Source: Batkoa obscura (taxonomy: Eukaryota). Taken from it: DNA of 64,000 nucleotides. How positions within the stretch are numbered: position 1 is the first letter of the stretch; each line of letters opens with the position of its first letter. The position numbers and the translations under genes are program-made. Location: NCBI GenBank assembly GCA_030770535.1, contig JASVEC010000021.1, positions 62,001 through 126,000 on the forward strand, written 5' to 3'. Under the pieces are notes generated by a model. The model was not told where the DNA came from and did no database searches. It saw only the letters and a program-made list of their open reading frames with translations. Positions 38,750 to 51,763 of the stretch are shown piece after piece.

Positions 38750-40701
38750 TTAATTAAATTTAAATGCATCAATATCATAACCATCTCCTAAATAAGGATG
38801 AATTAAATCTAAAATTTGTTTTTTCTTTTTAAGATGATGAATTGTAATTAATTCATAACTAGTAGATAAATTTTTTAATATAATAGCTGGTAATAATGGA
38901 CTATTTTCTTTTGTAAATTGTTCAATTGTTTGTTTTAAAATTGTAATCGACTAATAAAAAATAATGAAAGTTAATAGAATGAAAAATGAAAATAATAAAT
39001 ATAATATTTAACTTACTTTGTTTAAATTACCAATATATAAATAATTGATTGCTAATAGGTTATTTAACTAAAGTTATATAAATAAATTATTCTTATTGTT
39101 ATTACTTATAATAAGTTATTTTACTTTAAAGTTATTTTCATTTTTATCTAAATAAGTTTCAATTAATTGAATTGAATCATTCCATTGTGCTTTGGACATT
39201 AATAATAAAGTACTAAAATAAAAATAAAAATAAAAATAAAAATAAAATAAAGATTAGTTTGTAAGATATTAATTAGTATAATTAAAACTTACTTATTTAA
39301 TAATAAATTTAATTTATAATTATTATCAATTAATTCATATCGATTATATTGTTTTATTTTAATTTCAGCTTCTTTAATATTTCCTCCCTTTTAATATTTA
39401 ATTATTAATTAATATTGATTTATAAATTACTGTTAATAAAATAACTTACATACAAATATAAGCGAATACAACAATTCCAAATTATAAAATCACAATCAGA
39501 TTGTAATGTTAATTGTTCAATTATTGTTGTAGCTAATATTAATTCCTAATAGAAAAATTATTAATCATTTATAAACTTCTATTCTATATATTTTAATATA
39601 AAATTATTTACTTTCAATTTTAATAAATAATTTGTTAATATTAAACTTAATTGAATAATTCGATTTTTCCATAATTGAACTTAGTTAATAGTTTAATAAA
39701 TATTATTAAAAACTCAATTTTAAATTAATTTTAAATTATATTTACTTTGTTCTGGATTAAATTGAATTTCCTAAAGAATTTAAAAATAAATAATAATCAT
39801 TTAATATATTATCAATACTGTTAATAATAATATTAAATTTATTTACCTTTCTACAATAATTAATTAAATAATAAATACGATCAATAGAGATTAAATTATC
39901 TCCTAAATAACCTGGTAATTTAGCCCAAATTACTAATAATACAAATGGTATCATAGGTCCTTGTTTATATTATTATTTAATTTTTTATTTAATTTTAAAA
40001 ACTTGTTACCTTTTCTATTTGGAAATAATTCAGGTTGATTTTCAAATCGATATTTCTTATCAAATAAATTATCTAATTTATCTAATTCTGCTGAAGCTAA
40101 TTGACATAAATTAAGTTTTATTAAGGAGATGAGACGGTAACACCATAACTAATAACAAGAAAGAAAATATATATATATATCCATTATTAATAATTAATTA
40201 ATAAAACAATTGAATATTTACTTTTAATAATAATAAAATTTGACTATTATCTGTAGTTGCAATTTGTTGTTTCATAAAAGTAGCTAAACCTCGCCATAAA
40301 CCTTGTTTCTAAAAGAAAGAAAAGTTGATTGAATATCTTTTCCTTTAATTTTTATTTTATTTTATTTTATTTTATTTTATTTTATTTTATTTTATTTTAT
40401 TTTATTTTATTTATCTTATTTTTTATTTATTAAATTAATTTCACTTACCGCATATTCACCTACTTTTTGCTCCCAACTTTCTTGATTTAATTCAATATCT
40501 TCTAATTCTACTTTGGAACTTAAATGTAAAGAATTTGCTATAAATGTTTGTAATAAACTTAGTAATGGATCATTCTTAGAAAAATTGGTTTAATTGTATT
40601 GTCAACTAAATTCTATATTAAACTACCAAGGGTATATCAAATAAATTATTAAATTGCAATTGAAGTTCTTGAGGAATGGAAGATGGCTGTTTATCACTCA
40701 T
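38750..40701 (-). CDS. TRAPPC12: TRAPP complex subunit 12 homologue (multi-exon)
   Basis: Exonic motifs RLISLIKLNLCQLASAELDKL, YRFENQPELFPNRK, GPMIPFVLLVIWAKLPGYLG...IDRIY. C-terminal YLGDGYDIDAFKFN*. Start MSDKQPSS at 40701. Confidence 0.78.
40351..40412. repeat. (TTTTA)n microsatellite in intron
   Basis: About 12 tandem pentamers in a TRAPPC12 intron. Confidence 0.9.
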
Positions 40702-40856
40702 TTTATTTTTGAAGAAAAAAGAAAGAAAAAATCTTCAAAAGTAAGAAATAAACTGATATTTTTAAAAATTTGGAATTTCGTAGTCAAATTAAAAATTCAG
40801 TGTCATAAATTTCATTACTTCACTTTTATCCCTTTTAATTTGAAGTTAAAATCATC
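40702..40856. promoter_or_regulatory. Compact bidirectional promoter (TRAPPC12 / dymeclin)
   Basis: Only 155 bp separate the divergent ATGs at 40701 (-) and 40857 (+). Confidence 0.6.
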
Positions 40857-41353
40857 ATGTCTGATACTCACTCACTCAAATCCCCATCAAAAGAAAACGA
40901 TCAATATCCCATTACAATTTCAATAACTAATCCCAATTATAATAAGTATATTAAACGATTACAAACTAATAAAACAATCTTAATACCACATCATGAACAA
41001 TTAAAATTGGAACTTAAATCAATCATTAAAAGTATTTATCTTAAAGAATTTAAATTTCATAATGTTAATTTTAAAAATTTAATATTTAATGTATTTGGTA
41101 TTAATACTGAAAATGGATTAGAAAATAATAAAAAATATTATTATGCTAATTTATTTATTCAAGTTAAACAAATTATTAAAGAATTAGGTAAATATTCTAT
41201 TTAATTATTTTACATTACTAATTCATTTTGATATAATAGAAATGGAATTAAACATTCATTTACCATTAAATAAATTAGTTCAATATATTTTAGTGAAATT
41301 AAATAATATAACGGAAATTAATAAATCGAAGTAATTAGAATATAATTTCATTA

Positions 41354-41384
<31 letters not shown>

Positions 41385-41499
41385 TATTAGTGAATTAAAA
41401 TTAATTACATTTAATATTAGTTTTATATTAATATTAATATTAAACTATTATTTAATTAATGGTCATTTTATTGATTTTTTACTATTATTTTATGGTAAG

Positions 41500-41534
<35 letters not shown>

Positions 41535-42949
41535 TCTTTAATATCTATTTTTATTTTATTTTAGACGATAATGATCAACAAAGTAAAAGTTTACCATTGA
41601 ATTTAATGAATTGTATAAATCAATTGAGTATAAATGAAAATAACAAAGTGGAAAAAGAAGGTAAATTTAAATTTAATTAATATATAATATAATAATTAAT
41701 TAATAATATACATAAAAGAAAGTAATGAGTTTGAATTATTTTTTAAATGGTTGATTAAATTAATAATACAAATGGATTTAAGGTAAATAATAATATATTA
41801 CTATAGAATATATACATTAATTTTATTTAATTTTGATTTTTAGTTATCAATTAAATATTGAAATTTATCAAAATTGTTTACAATGTTTAATTTGTTTATT
41901 TGCATTTGAATGTAATTATTTATTAAATCAAAATAATAATTATCAAAGTAATAAGGAAGATAACAATGAGGATAATAATAGTAATAATCAAAATGATCAA
42001 ATTCAATTACCTACGAATATGTTATTTCAATTATTAATTAAAACGGATAAGTAAATTTATTTGATTATTCTATTATTCTATTTTATTAACATTTATTTAA
42101 TATTTAATATTATTAGAATTTGGTTAGAAAAATTATCAATTATATTAATACAGAATTATTTTTTTCCATTAATTGGAAAGGATAATCAAAGTAAGTTAAC
42201 TGTAATAATTCTCATAAATAATATCTTATAACTTATAACTCCTATTTTTTTTATTTCTATATTAATAATGTTATTTAGGTTTATTAAAATCAGCCTATTC
42301 CTATTTATTTTCTAATGAAAATTATAAACCAACAACACTATCAATTCAAAGTTTACAAATTTATTTATTTTTAATTACACATTATGAGAATATAGAAATT
42401 AATCCCTTTTTATTAGTAGTAGAAAATTATTTTGGTAATATTAATTATATTGAATTATTATTAATAATTTAAACTATCTATTAATTTATATAGAATTAAT
42501 TAAATTATTTCCCAATCCACCCTTTTTTCATTTAAATTGTATTAATTTATTTGATAAATTAATAAGGTAATATAAATTATATTATACAAATTAATTATTA
42601 TTAATAATAATCTTAACTATTGAATCTTATTCTAGTCAATTAGATGACTGCGAATCTTTGATTTTATTTTATTTATTTTTAAATTATAATAATGAATTTA
42701 AAAATTATTGTTTTTCATTAACAGATCCAAGTGAATTAGTAAGTTATTATATTAATTACAATCAAACATTAATTAATAATAATAATAATAATAATAATAA
42801 TCATTATTTTAGGTATTATCATGTTTAAAAGGAATGTATGAAAGTACAATAAAAAAAGAAAATAATTTAAAAGCCTATTTATATACTATTATATTATTAA
42901 AATGTACTCAATCCATTGGCTTTTTAAAGAATTGTTGTAATAAAGTAAG

Positions 42950-43014
<65 letters not shown>

Positions 43015-44027
43015 ATACAACTATTTAAATAAATAAATAGACAATACTATTCTAATATTACTAAAGTAGTAGTATTTCAATTTTTTATGGCTAATTAAAT
43101 ATATCAATATTTTTAATCGAATTTTTTAGTCTATTCTGCCCCCAATTTGGTTAACTTCACGATTGTTTATGGAATTACCATTATCTGATTTAACGATTCA
43201 TATCTTAATTAAATATAGTACTCATTATTTAAATGAACCAAGGGTAAGTATTTTAATAAGTTAGTAATATATAATATATAATATATAATATATAATATAT
43301 AATATATATAACATAATATACAGTATAGTTTTATAATTGAATCTATATTTACTAATTTTAATTAATATTAGGATCAATTTGCTTATTCTATAGGGATGGC
43401 TACCTTACTAAATATATTACCTTATTGTAATAATTTAACTTCCTTAGTAGTTCAAAAATTATTTAGGTAATAATGGAAGTTTTTATTTCTAATTTTATCT
43501 CATTTCAATAATTAAGTTCTAATTAATTCTTACAATTCTTATATTAATTTTTTATTAGATTTATTGAATTAATTAATAAGAAACGAATTAAATTGGGACA
43601 AAATATTGAAAAAAGAAGAGAAGATAAACTAATTGGTATTAATAATTATGAAGAATTAATTTGTTTATTATTTCATTCTATATTGTTAAATATTCAATTA
43701 CAAAAAATCCAAGCTACTAATTTAATTTACGGATTATTACAAAATTTAAATTTAATTGAATCTTTTGAAAAACACCCCTTCATAAAGCAAGTTACAATAA
43801 GATTGAAACAGGTAAATATAATATTAAGTTTTTTCTTTTTTGTTAAATATCAAATATTAAATTATTTCCTTTTTTTAGTTTTGTAAACCATTTCAATTGA
43901 TTTTGGATAATAATCAGGATAATAATAATTCTATTACTGTGGAAGAAGTTACCTTAAAAATTTCGAATTTATTAAGAACTATGATATTTGATAATGAATT
44001 GGTAAGTTATTAATTATTATACTCTTA

Positions 44028-44100
<73 letters not shown>

Positions 44101-44280
44101 TCATTATTTTTTATTTTTTATTTTTAGTCTAAAGAAATGAAATTATTACATTATGAACCATCAATAGAATCTCAATTTTATTTTAAATATTTATTATGGC
44201 CTGATATTTTATTATATTCACCAATTTATTTTAATGATTCAATTTATTTACAATTAATTGAAATTTTATGGGAAGATTAA
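40857..44280 (+). CDS. DYM: Dymeclin/HID1-family protein (many short exons)
   Basis: Motifs LYTIILLKCTQ..F, LSDLTIHILIK, DQFAYSIGMATLLNI...VVQKLF, NLIYGLLQ, C-terminal HYEPSIESQFYFKYLLW. Internal exon boundaries not all resolved. Confidence 0.7.
42951..43013. repeat. (TTA)n microsatellite in intron
   Basis: Follows the GTAAGT donor. Produces the false poly-Leu in ORF 42834. Confidence 0.92.
44029..44098. repeat. (ATT)n microsatellite in intron
   Basis: Long perfect trinucleotide run in the last dymeclin intron. Confidence 0.92.
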
Positions 44281-44376
44281 AGTTTAAATAAATAAAATTA
44301 ATAATTAATCAATGAATAATTAAAATCATATAAAGTTAATAATTAATTTTTATTATTATAATTTAGATAATAATAT

Positions 44377-46784
44377 TTATTCATCAATATCTTCTAAATT
44401 ATTATTATTATTATTATTATTATCATTAATTTCCTCTTCATTATTCTCTCTTTCTCTTCCATTTAAATGATTTATTTGTTTATTTAATGTTGTTTCATTT
44501 TCAATAAAGGATTTATTAAGTTGATAAGTTACTGGAATTAAATTTTCTTTTGTTTCCGGTTCAATTTCAATATTATCATTCATTTTTCCATTTTTATTAT
44601 TATTAAAAGGTGTAAAATAAGAAACAAAAGTTGATTTTAATGAATTAGAAACTCCATTCAAATTATTATTATCATTATTATTGAACATATTAGTAAATCC
44701 ATTAAATGTATTATTTTTATTATTTTTAGTAATATTATTTAATGAATTATTAATCAAATTTAATTGATTAATATATTTTTTAGATTCATTTTTTAATCTT
44801 ATTTCTTCTGTTTCTTGATTATTAAATGAATTAAATTTAATGTCTATTTCTGATGGAATTTCATAATCTCCATTAAAAGTTAATTCATTTTCTCTTTTTT
44901 TATCTGAAATAGAAGGTAATTGTAATGAATTAAAATTAAAGTTCAATTTCTTAATATCATGAATTGAATTTGTTGTTGTTGTATCTTTATTAATTGAAAT
45001 ATTACTAATATTATTATTTAATGTCGTTGTTGTTCTGTTTGATTCTTTATTTTCTAATAAATTTAAATTATTAAAGGAAACTGCCATTCGATCAATCGTT
45101 TGATCAATCTCTTCATTATTATTATTAATATCCTCTAATTTATTTATCTTTATATTATTATTATTATTAAATATTCCATTAAATTTTAATTTATCTTTAT
45201 TTATAATATTTGTATTATTATAATCCTTTGATTTTATATTATCTTCAAATATTTGATTAAAATTAGTATTATCTTTTGATTGTTTATTAAATATTGGATT
45301 AAGTCTAATTTGTTCTTTACTTTCATTGTTATTTTCTTTATTAATATCACTAAATATTGAATTAAAATTAGATTTGTCATTATACATCCTTTTATTACTT
45401 GAAAATGTTGAATTTAAATTTAAATTTAAATTTTCTTTAATATTTTCATGAATACTATTTTTATTATTATTATGAAATATGGATTTAAATTCCAATTTCT
45501 CTTTATTATCTTCTTTATTTTTTATATTCATTAATGTTTTAAAATCCATACCTTCTAATGGGTTGTTTTTATATTTACTATAAATGGATTGCACTCTTAT
45601 AAATTCTTCATATTTTTCTTCTTCTGTTTTATTTTCCCATTCATCTTTATTGTTTAATTTTATTTTTGTTTTATCATCATTAAATGTAGTATCAAATATT
45701 GATTTGAAATTGGAAGTTTCATTATTATTATTTTCCAGTGTAAAGTTATTAAATAAACCATTATACTTTAACTTTCCATTCTCCATTGAGAAATGGTTTG
45801 AATTATTATTACTTCCGAACATATTATTCTGATTCTCTTTATTCATCTTATTTGAATCAGTATTATTTTTTGTTTCAATAACTTGACTTTTAGTTATACC
45901 ATTCGGATATTTAATAACCTGGATTTTTGATCCACCAAATGTATATTCTTTACTTTCAATAGGTTCTGTTAAATCATCTATTTTATTTTTATTTAAATTT
46001 TCTTGAAATTTATTTTGTAATTTATCAATTGTAAATGTTTGTGGTCCAAATAATCCATTCTTCTTTATTACTTCATTACTATTTTTGATTTTATTTGGTA
46101 AAAAATTACTTAAAAACATACTTGATCTTTCCATTTGATTTGTTTTAATTAAATCTATTATAAAATATTATAAAATATTATACAAAATTATACAGTTGTA
46201 ATAACATAATTACCTGAATTTATAACTATTGGCTTTGGATGCTTTTTTGGATTAAACCTCTCTGGTAATTTACCTAATACATTTTTGTTTCTTTGAATAA
46301 AAGTTAATACTTCAATTGGTGGTAATAAATTTAAATCTTGATAAATTTTTTTCATAAAATATTGATACTTTTCAAACAAACTTCTTAAATCAGTAAATGG
46401 ATTCTTTATCATCTCCTTTCTAATATGTAATCTAAAACTTTCATTAAGTTTCTCCAACCTCTCTTCTGCTAGTTTTATTGCAGTACCTATTTGAATTTAA
46501 GCATTAGCCACATTCCTTAATTATAATATTAATATATTAGTAAAATTAAAACACGCATATATATATATATATATAATGAATTAAATAACAGTAATTATGT
46601 CAAAACTATTTTTTATTTCTATCATGACTTATATAGTAAGAATAGATTTATTACCTTCATCTAAATCCGGATTAAAAATAGCCTTAGCATATTTAAGTCT
46701 TCCATTAGCATTGGTTTCTTCACAATCATTTTTATGACTGTTACGATCATAATAATTAACAACATATACTCTTTTTTCTGCCAT
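44377..46784 (-). CDS. Nup50/Nup2-like low-complexity Asn-rich protein
   Basis: Start MAEKR at 46784, three exons (last 46154-44377). Exon 2 has LNESFRLHIRKEMIKNPFTDLRSLFEKY, matching the Nup50/Nup2 LNxxxxxxIxxxxxxNPxxDLxxxFxxY motif. Phe-repeat tail. Confidence 0.55.
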
Positions 46785-47431
46785 TATAAAATCAACCTCT
46801 CAAACTTTTTACAAAAAATTAAGGATAGAGATATCTTTAACTAAAATAATAGCTTACTTTGTCATATAGCTTTCCTGCATTTGATTGGCTTTTATTTTTT
46901 ACTCCATTTTGTTGTTTTCTTAGACACTAAAATTTATACAAACTAGAGCTAAATTTCGGATTCAAAATCAATATTGAATTATGATACTTAATGCCTATTT
47001 AATTATTGTAAATATACATTTAATTTCATTCTATAACTGCAAGAAATTAGGTAATAATCTATTAATGTAAATAAAAAATAATATGAGTATGATATTTGAG
47101 TTTTATGGATAAACCTTTATTCCGATGTACTTACTAATTTTACACTTTTGAATAGACTATAAACCATGAAGTATAATAACTAATGTGTACTATATTCCCA
47201 TTAATTTTTATTTTCAAAATTTATTTTTTGGTTAACATTCGAGATATTTATAGTTTTCAAGAGTGAATAATAATAGCGTAGTACTCTTATTATTTTATAA
47301 TGTATTTTATAACTCAGTTAATCCTTATTGTTTTTTTAAGAATTTTACTGGTACTCGTTTTAATTTTTATGCTTTTTAGAACATGAGCAAAATAACTAAA
47401 AATGCATTCAATAATGTTTTTCAGTCTTAAT

Positions 47432-47534
47432 ATTTGAGGACGTTTTTTTGTTTAAGGTTTTTACTAACAACCTTTCCACTCAAACAGCGCTTAAAAATGA
47501 AAAAGTGATGAAATCAAAAAAAGGATTACCATAT
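47432..47534 (+). mobile_element. ~105 bp MITE copy
   Basis: ATTTGAGGACGT...GGATTACCATAT. Confidence 0.83.
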
Positions 47535-47717
47535 GAAATATAATCATTATTGTTAGTTATTTTAATTAGTAAGGAGATTTTAGTTTACAAGTGTGCGTTA
47601 AGATATGAAAAAGTAGTAAAAAGTTATTTTCATCTAATTGACAAAACAATAATTGTTTTAGTTTATGACTGAACTCAATATATTTCATCATTTGTATATT
47701 AATTAAATTATATATAT

Positions 47718-47821
47718 ATATGGGGATGTTTTTTTTGATTTCATTACTTTTTCATTTTTAAGCGCTGTTTGAGTGGAAAGGTTGTTAGTAAAATTCTTAA
47801 ACAAAAAAAACATCCCGATAT
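47718..47821 (-). mobile_element. ~105 bp MITE copy
   Basis: ATATGGGGATGT...ACATCCCGATAT, inserted in a (TA)n run. Confidence 0.9.
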
Positions 47822-49932
47822 ATTAATATTATGTATAATATAAATTATCATTTGTTTTTAGTTAAATAGACTTAACATTATTTTTTCAATTTCAACAATA
47901 GATAACTATTCATTGTTGCCCATATTATTATTTTATTCCAATTTAAAATATTGCAAAATTCAAGATAAATCGTCAAAGTTCTCCATATAACTAACCTGTT
48001 TACCTTTAGTATTTCTCTTCACTGAAGACTTATTCCGTTTTGATTTCTCTCCGATTTCTCTTAACTTCATTTAATCTTCAATAAAGGTATAGTCTCTTAC
48101 ACATTGAGTTATTAAAAAAATCATTACAAAATAACTTCACGGCCTTTCTTATGACCATATCAATGATTTATAAGTGCAAATGTCAATTACTAAATATTTA
48201 ATGTTTCGATCTAAGAAACCTGGACTAAATATAATAAAAATTCACAAAATTTATACTTATTTTATTCTATCTTAAAAATAAATACTAAAAAGCTATATAA
48301 AATTTTGATGACTGTAACAATCAACCTCAACATTATAAATTTAGTAGTTGGTATTTGGACTTATAAATTAAAGGACTCTGGACTAGATGCAATAAAAATA
48401 AATAATTATTTATTTCCATTCAACTTTACTTTTTTGAAATCAACCAATAAAATCATAGCATAAAGTTGTAAAATTAAAGTTCCGTCTAGAATTTATAGCT
48501 CGGTAGAAATAATTTTAATTACTATTTGCATAATTATTTTTATATTCTTAAGATACAAGTAACTCAATAGTGGCTAATTTACATATTTAAATAAAATCGT
48601 GAGTGGAGAGATAGATACCAGACAGAAGGAAATTGGTTTTTCTTCCACTTTAATGTTTAGTTAGCTAAGCTTTTTAATAGCAGGAAACTGCTAATTAAGA
48701 TTCACAGTTATTTTGAATTTATTAATTGCATAAAAAATCTAGAAAAAAAAAGCAGCAAAAATAACAGCGAGAGTATTTTTTGATGGTGAATATTCTTTAA
48801 ATTTGAATAACATTATAGCGCGCTAACAACAGTCTTCTAATATTGTAAACTATATGTATAAGGTAACAAATTATAACTTGAATTCTAATGTTTAATTTAC
48901 AAAGTAAATTTTATATATTATTTAGTTGATTAAATGATTTGATGGTCTAATTTTATGGTTCTATTATAATTTATAGTTAAGGGATCTTATAATAATAAAA
49001 TATTAAGAAAGATATGTGATAAATAAAAGGATTATTAAAGTAAGTATAAGATTTAATAGTAAGCTATATTATTTTATAAAAAGTGGTTATTAAAATTGAA
49101 TAAAATAGACATTAAATACTAACTTTATAATAAAAAATTATTGAAAATAAGGTTTGTCTTCTGTGTAAAAAATAGAAATAAAATAAGAGAAATAAAAATG
49201 TCAAAATTTGAGTATAAGATTACTAATCTCTATATTGAATTTATTTTAATTAGATAATCTGTCAATTAAATTTACTAATCTCATATTCCGATTTTGACAT
49301 ATTATTATTAACAATGCAAACTCAAATTATTGTTATATTTAATCCATCTTTTTTATATAATTATTACAATAATGACTATATAATTTATATGATTTATATA
49401 TTGAATTTTTATTTATAGAATAACATTGATATAAGATGATGCAAAACTTAAATAAAATTTGATATGTTAATGTTGCAAAATGAACAAGTTATTATTTGAA
49501 ACTTCTTAAAAATTAGAAATTTGGTAAAATGATAAGGGATTTAAGGGTAAAAATACGTGATTTAGTAAGTGAAGTTATTTATTTATAATTTAATAATCTT
49601 TCTATTCCTTTAAAGAAGAAATATTAAAAATACAAGTTGAAAATGATGCCAATTCTATAAGCGATGGTGCAATTTCAATATTAAATTAACTAATCTTAAA
49701 AAAAACCACTAAAAAGTAAAATTACAATAAGAATTTAGCTAAAATTGAAGATAAAACAGTATAAATTAACTCACATGGTAACCAAAACATTAATTCAAAT
49801 ATTAAATTTTTAATTAAGTTCATCATCTGAATTTAATATATAAGCAGTTATAACGTAAGTATTTTATAAAAAATAATTTCACTTCTATTTTTCTTTGTTA
49901 TTTTTTTGTTTTTGTATATATTGTTTATAAGT

Positions 49933-51285
49933 ATGGTATCTAATTATTCGACTTTTAGTAGTGATCACGAATTTGAATTATCAATGTCTAAAAATTTAAA
50001 TAAAGAGTTTGATGTGGGTGTTGCTTATGACCCAAATAATGAAAAGGGTGAATACAATGGAGAGGAAGAAATAAAAAGAGGAAACGGATCTACTTTTGGT
50101 GCTTACTTCAATTTAATTAATGCTCTTGCCGGTTCAGGTACCTTAGGTTTACCAGCTGCATTAAAACAAGGTGGTTGGCTTGGAATGGGATTAATTATTA
50201 TCTCTGCTTTATTTTGTATTTATACTGGTAATTTACTAGTAAAATGTATGAATGTTAAAAATCCCAAACATAAAATGGAAACTTATCCTGATGTTGGTTA
50301 TGCTTCTTTTGGTATCCTTGGTCGTACTGTTGTTCAATTTTGTCAATATTCTATTATTTGTGGTGGTGTTACTCTTTATTTGGTATTAGCTGGTACCAAC
50401 TTTAAAAGTATTGCTGATGCCAATGGAAATGAAATTAGTCAAGTTTGGTGGATTATAATAGCGGGTCTTATTGTTTGGGTTCCATTCGTATTACTTAAAA
50501 CAATTCAAGAAGTTGCTTTAATTTCAGTGTTTGGTACATTATCAACCGTAGTTGTAGTTATTGTTTCAGTTACCTTAGGTATCATGGATCTCCCAAATAT
50601 CACCAAAGCTCCAGTTTATGAAGATGTAAATTGGACTGGTATCCCAATTGCTCTCTCAACTATTTGTTTCTCTTATGGTGGTACTGTTGTTTACCCACAT
50701 GTTTATCGTTCTATGAAAAAACCAGAACATTGGAACTATATTTTAGTTGCTGCCACTGCCACTGCCCTTGTTTTATACGCTCTTATTGCTGGTGTATGTT
50801 ATTATGTTTATGGAGATCAAACTTTATCTCCAATTTTCAAAAATCTCCCTGATGTCAATGCTAAAACTGCTGCTGTTATTTTGATTTCTTGCCACGTATT
50901 ATGTGCATCACCTGTGTTTTTATGCTCCTTTGCTTTAGAAATTGAGAGATGGTTAAACATTAATGTTGAAAAACTTGGAAAATTTAAAGAATTTATTTGC
51001 CGTTTAGTTTTACGTACTTTTATTGTTGTTGTATTAGTGGTTATTGGTAATGTTATTCCATACTTTGGAAATCTTATGTCTTTAGTTGGTGCTATCTCTG
51101 AATGTATGTTGATCTTTTTAGTGCCTACCCTTTGTCATCTTAAGCTTTTCGGTATCCGTGGACGTCCTTGGTATGAATACCTTTGGATTGCTCTCATTTT
51201 AGTTGTTGCCGTTGTTTGTGTTATCTTTGGGTCAATTGATGCTGTTATTGGATTAATAGCTGACTATAGAAAGGATCATCCTTAA
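49933..51285 (+). CDS. Amino acid transporter, AAAP/Aa_trans (AVT1-like)
   Basis: GSTFGAYFNLINALAGSGTLGLPAALKQGGW, TYPDVGYASFG, FSYGGTVVYP; about 11 hydrophobic helices. First ATG at 49933. Confidence 0.92.
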   Translation: MVSNYSTFSSDHEFELSMSKNLNKEFDVGVAYDPNNEKGEYNGEEEIKRGNGSTFGAYFNLINALAGSGTLGLPAALKQGGWLGMGLIIISALFCIYTGNLLVKCMNVKNPKHKMETYPDVGYASFGILGRTVVQFCQYSIICGGVTLYLVLAGTNFKSIADANGNEISQVWWIIIAGLIVWVPFVLLKTIQEVALISVFGTLSTVVVVIVSVTLGIMDLPNITKAPVYEDVNWTGIPIALSTICFSYGGTVVYPHVYRSMKKPEHWNYILVAATATALVLYALIAGVCYYVYGDQTLSPIFKNLPDVNAKTAAVILISCHVLCASPVFLCSFALEIERWLNINVEKLGKFKEFICRLVLRTFIVVVLVVIGNVIPYFGNLMSLVGAISECMLIFLVPTLCHLKLFGIRGRPWYEYLWIALILVVAVVCVIFGSIDAVIGLIADYRKDHP

Positions 51286-51763
51286 ATCATGAAATTTCAT
51301 TTATCTATACTACTAACTTATTATACTTGTAATCAAAAAATTAATATTTTAATTAATAAAAATTTGTTAATTTTTAATTTAAATTTTAATAAATATTTAA
51401 AGAATATTATCTTGAAATTTTCAGAGTATGTATTTATTATCTATAGTGATATATGCTAATAAATTTATGTTGTTAATAGATATGCTGTGCTGGCACTTGA
51501 ATACAATTTATAATTATGAATATTCAATTAGCATTCAAAAAGGTAGCAAGTTCAAAATTTATTTTAAGTTATTGCTATTTATAAAATTAAAGTTTAAGGA
51601 GTAATATTTAATTAGAATGAGTCAAGATAAAATTCACTAAAAATTTCGGATTAATTAACAAACAAATGTGCAAAAAACTTGCAAGTTTCTTGCAAAAAAG
51701 AGTGACTTAATCCAACGTCACATAAGATAGAAATAAAACTTTTATAACTTTTATCTTTTTAAT

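Noticed and set aside
42834..43028. Poly-Leu / poly-Ile ORF tails (also 41459 and 21527)
   Set aside because: Read-through into (TTA)n intronic microsatellites after GTAAGT donors.
47320..47412. Additional very degenerate MITE remnants (also ~22520 and ~9490)
   Set aside because: Only short matches such as TTTAAGAATTTTACT, and the ends are not recognisable.
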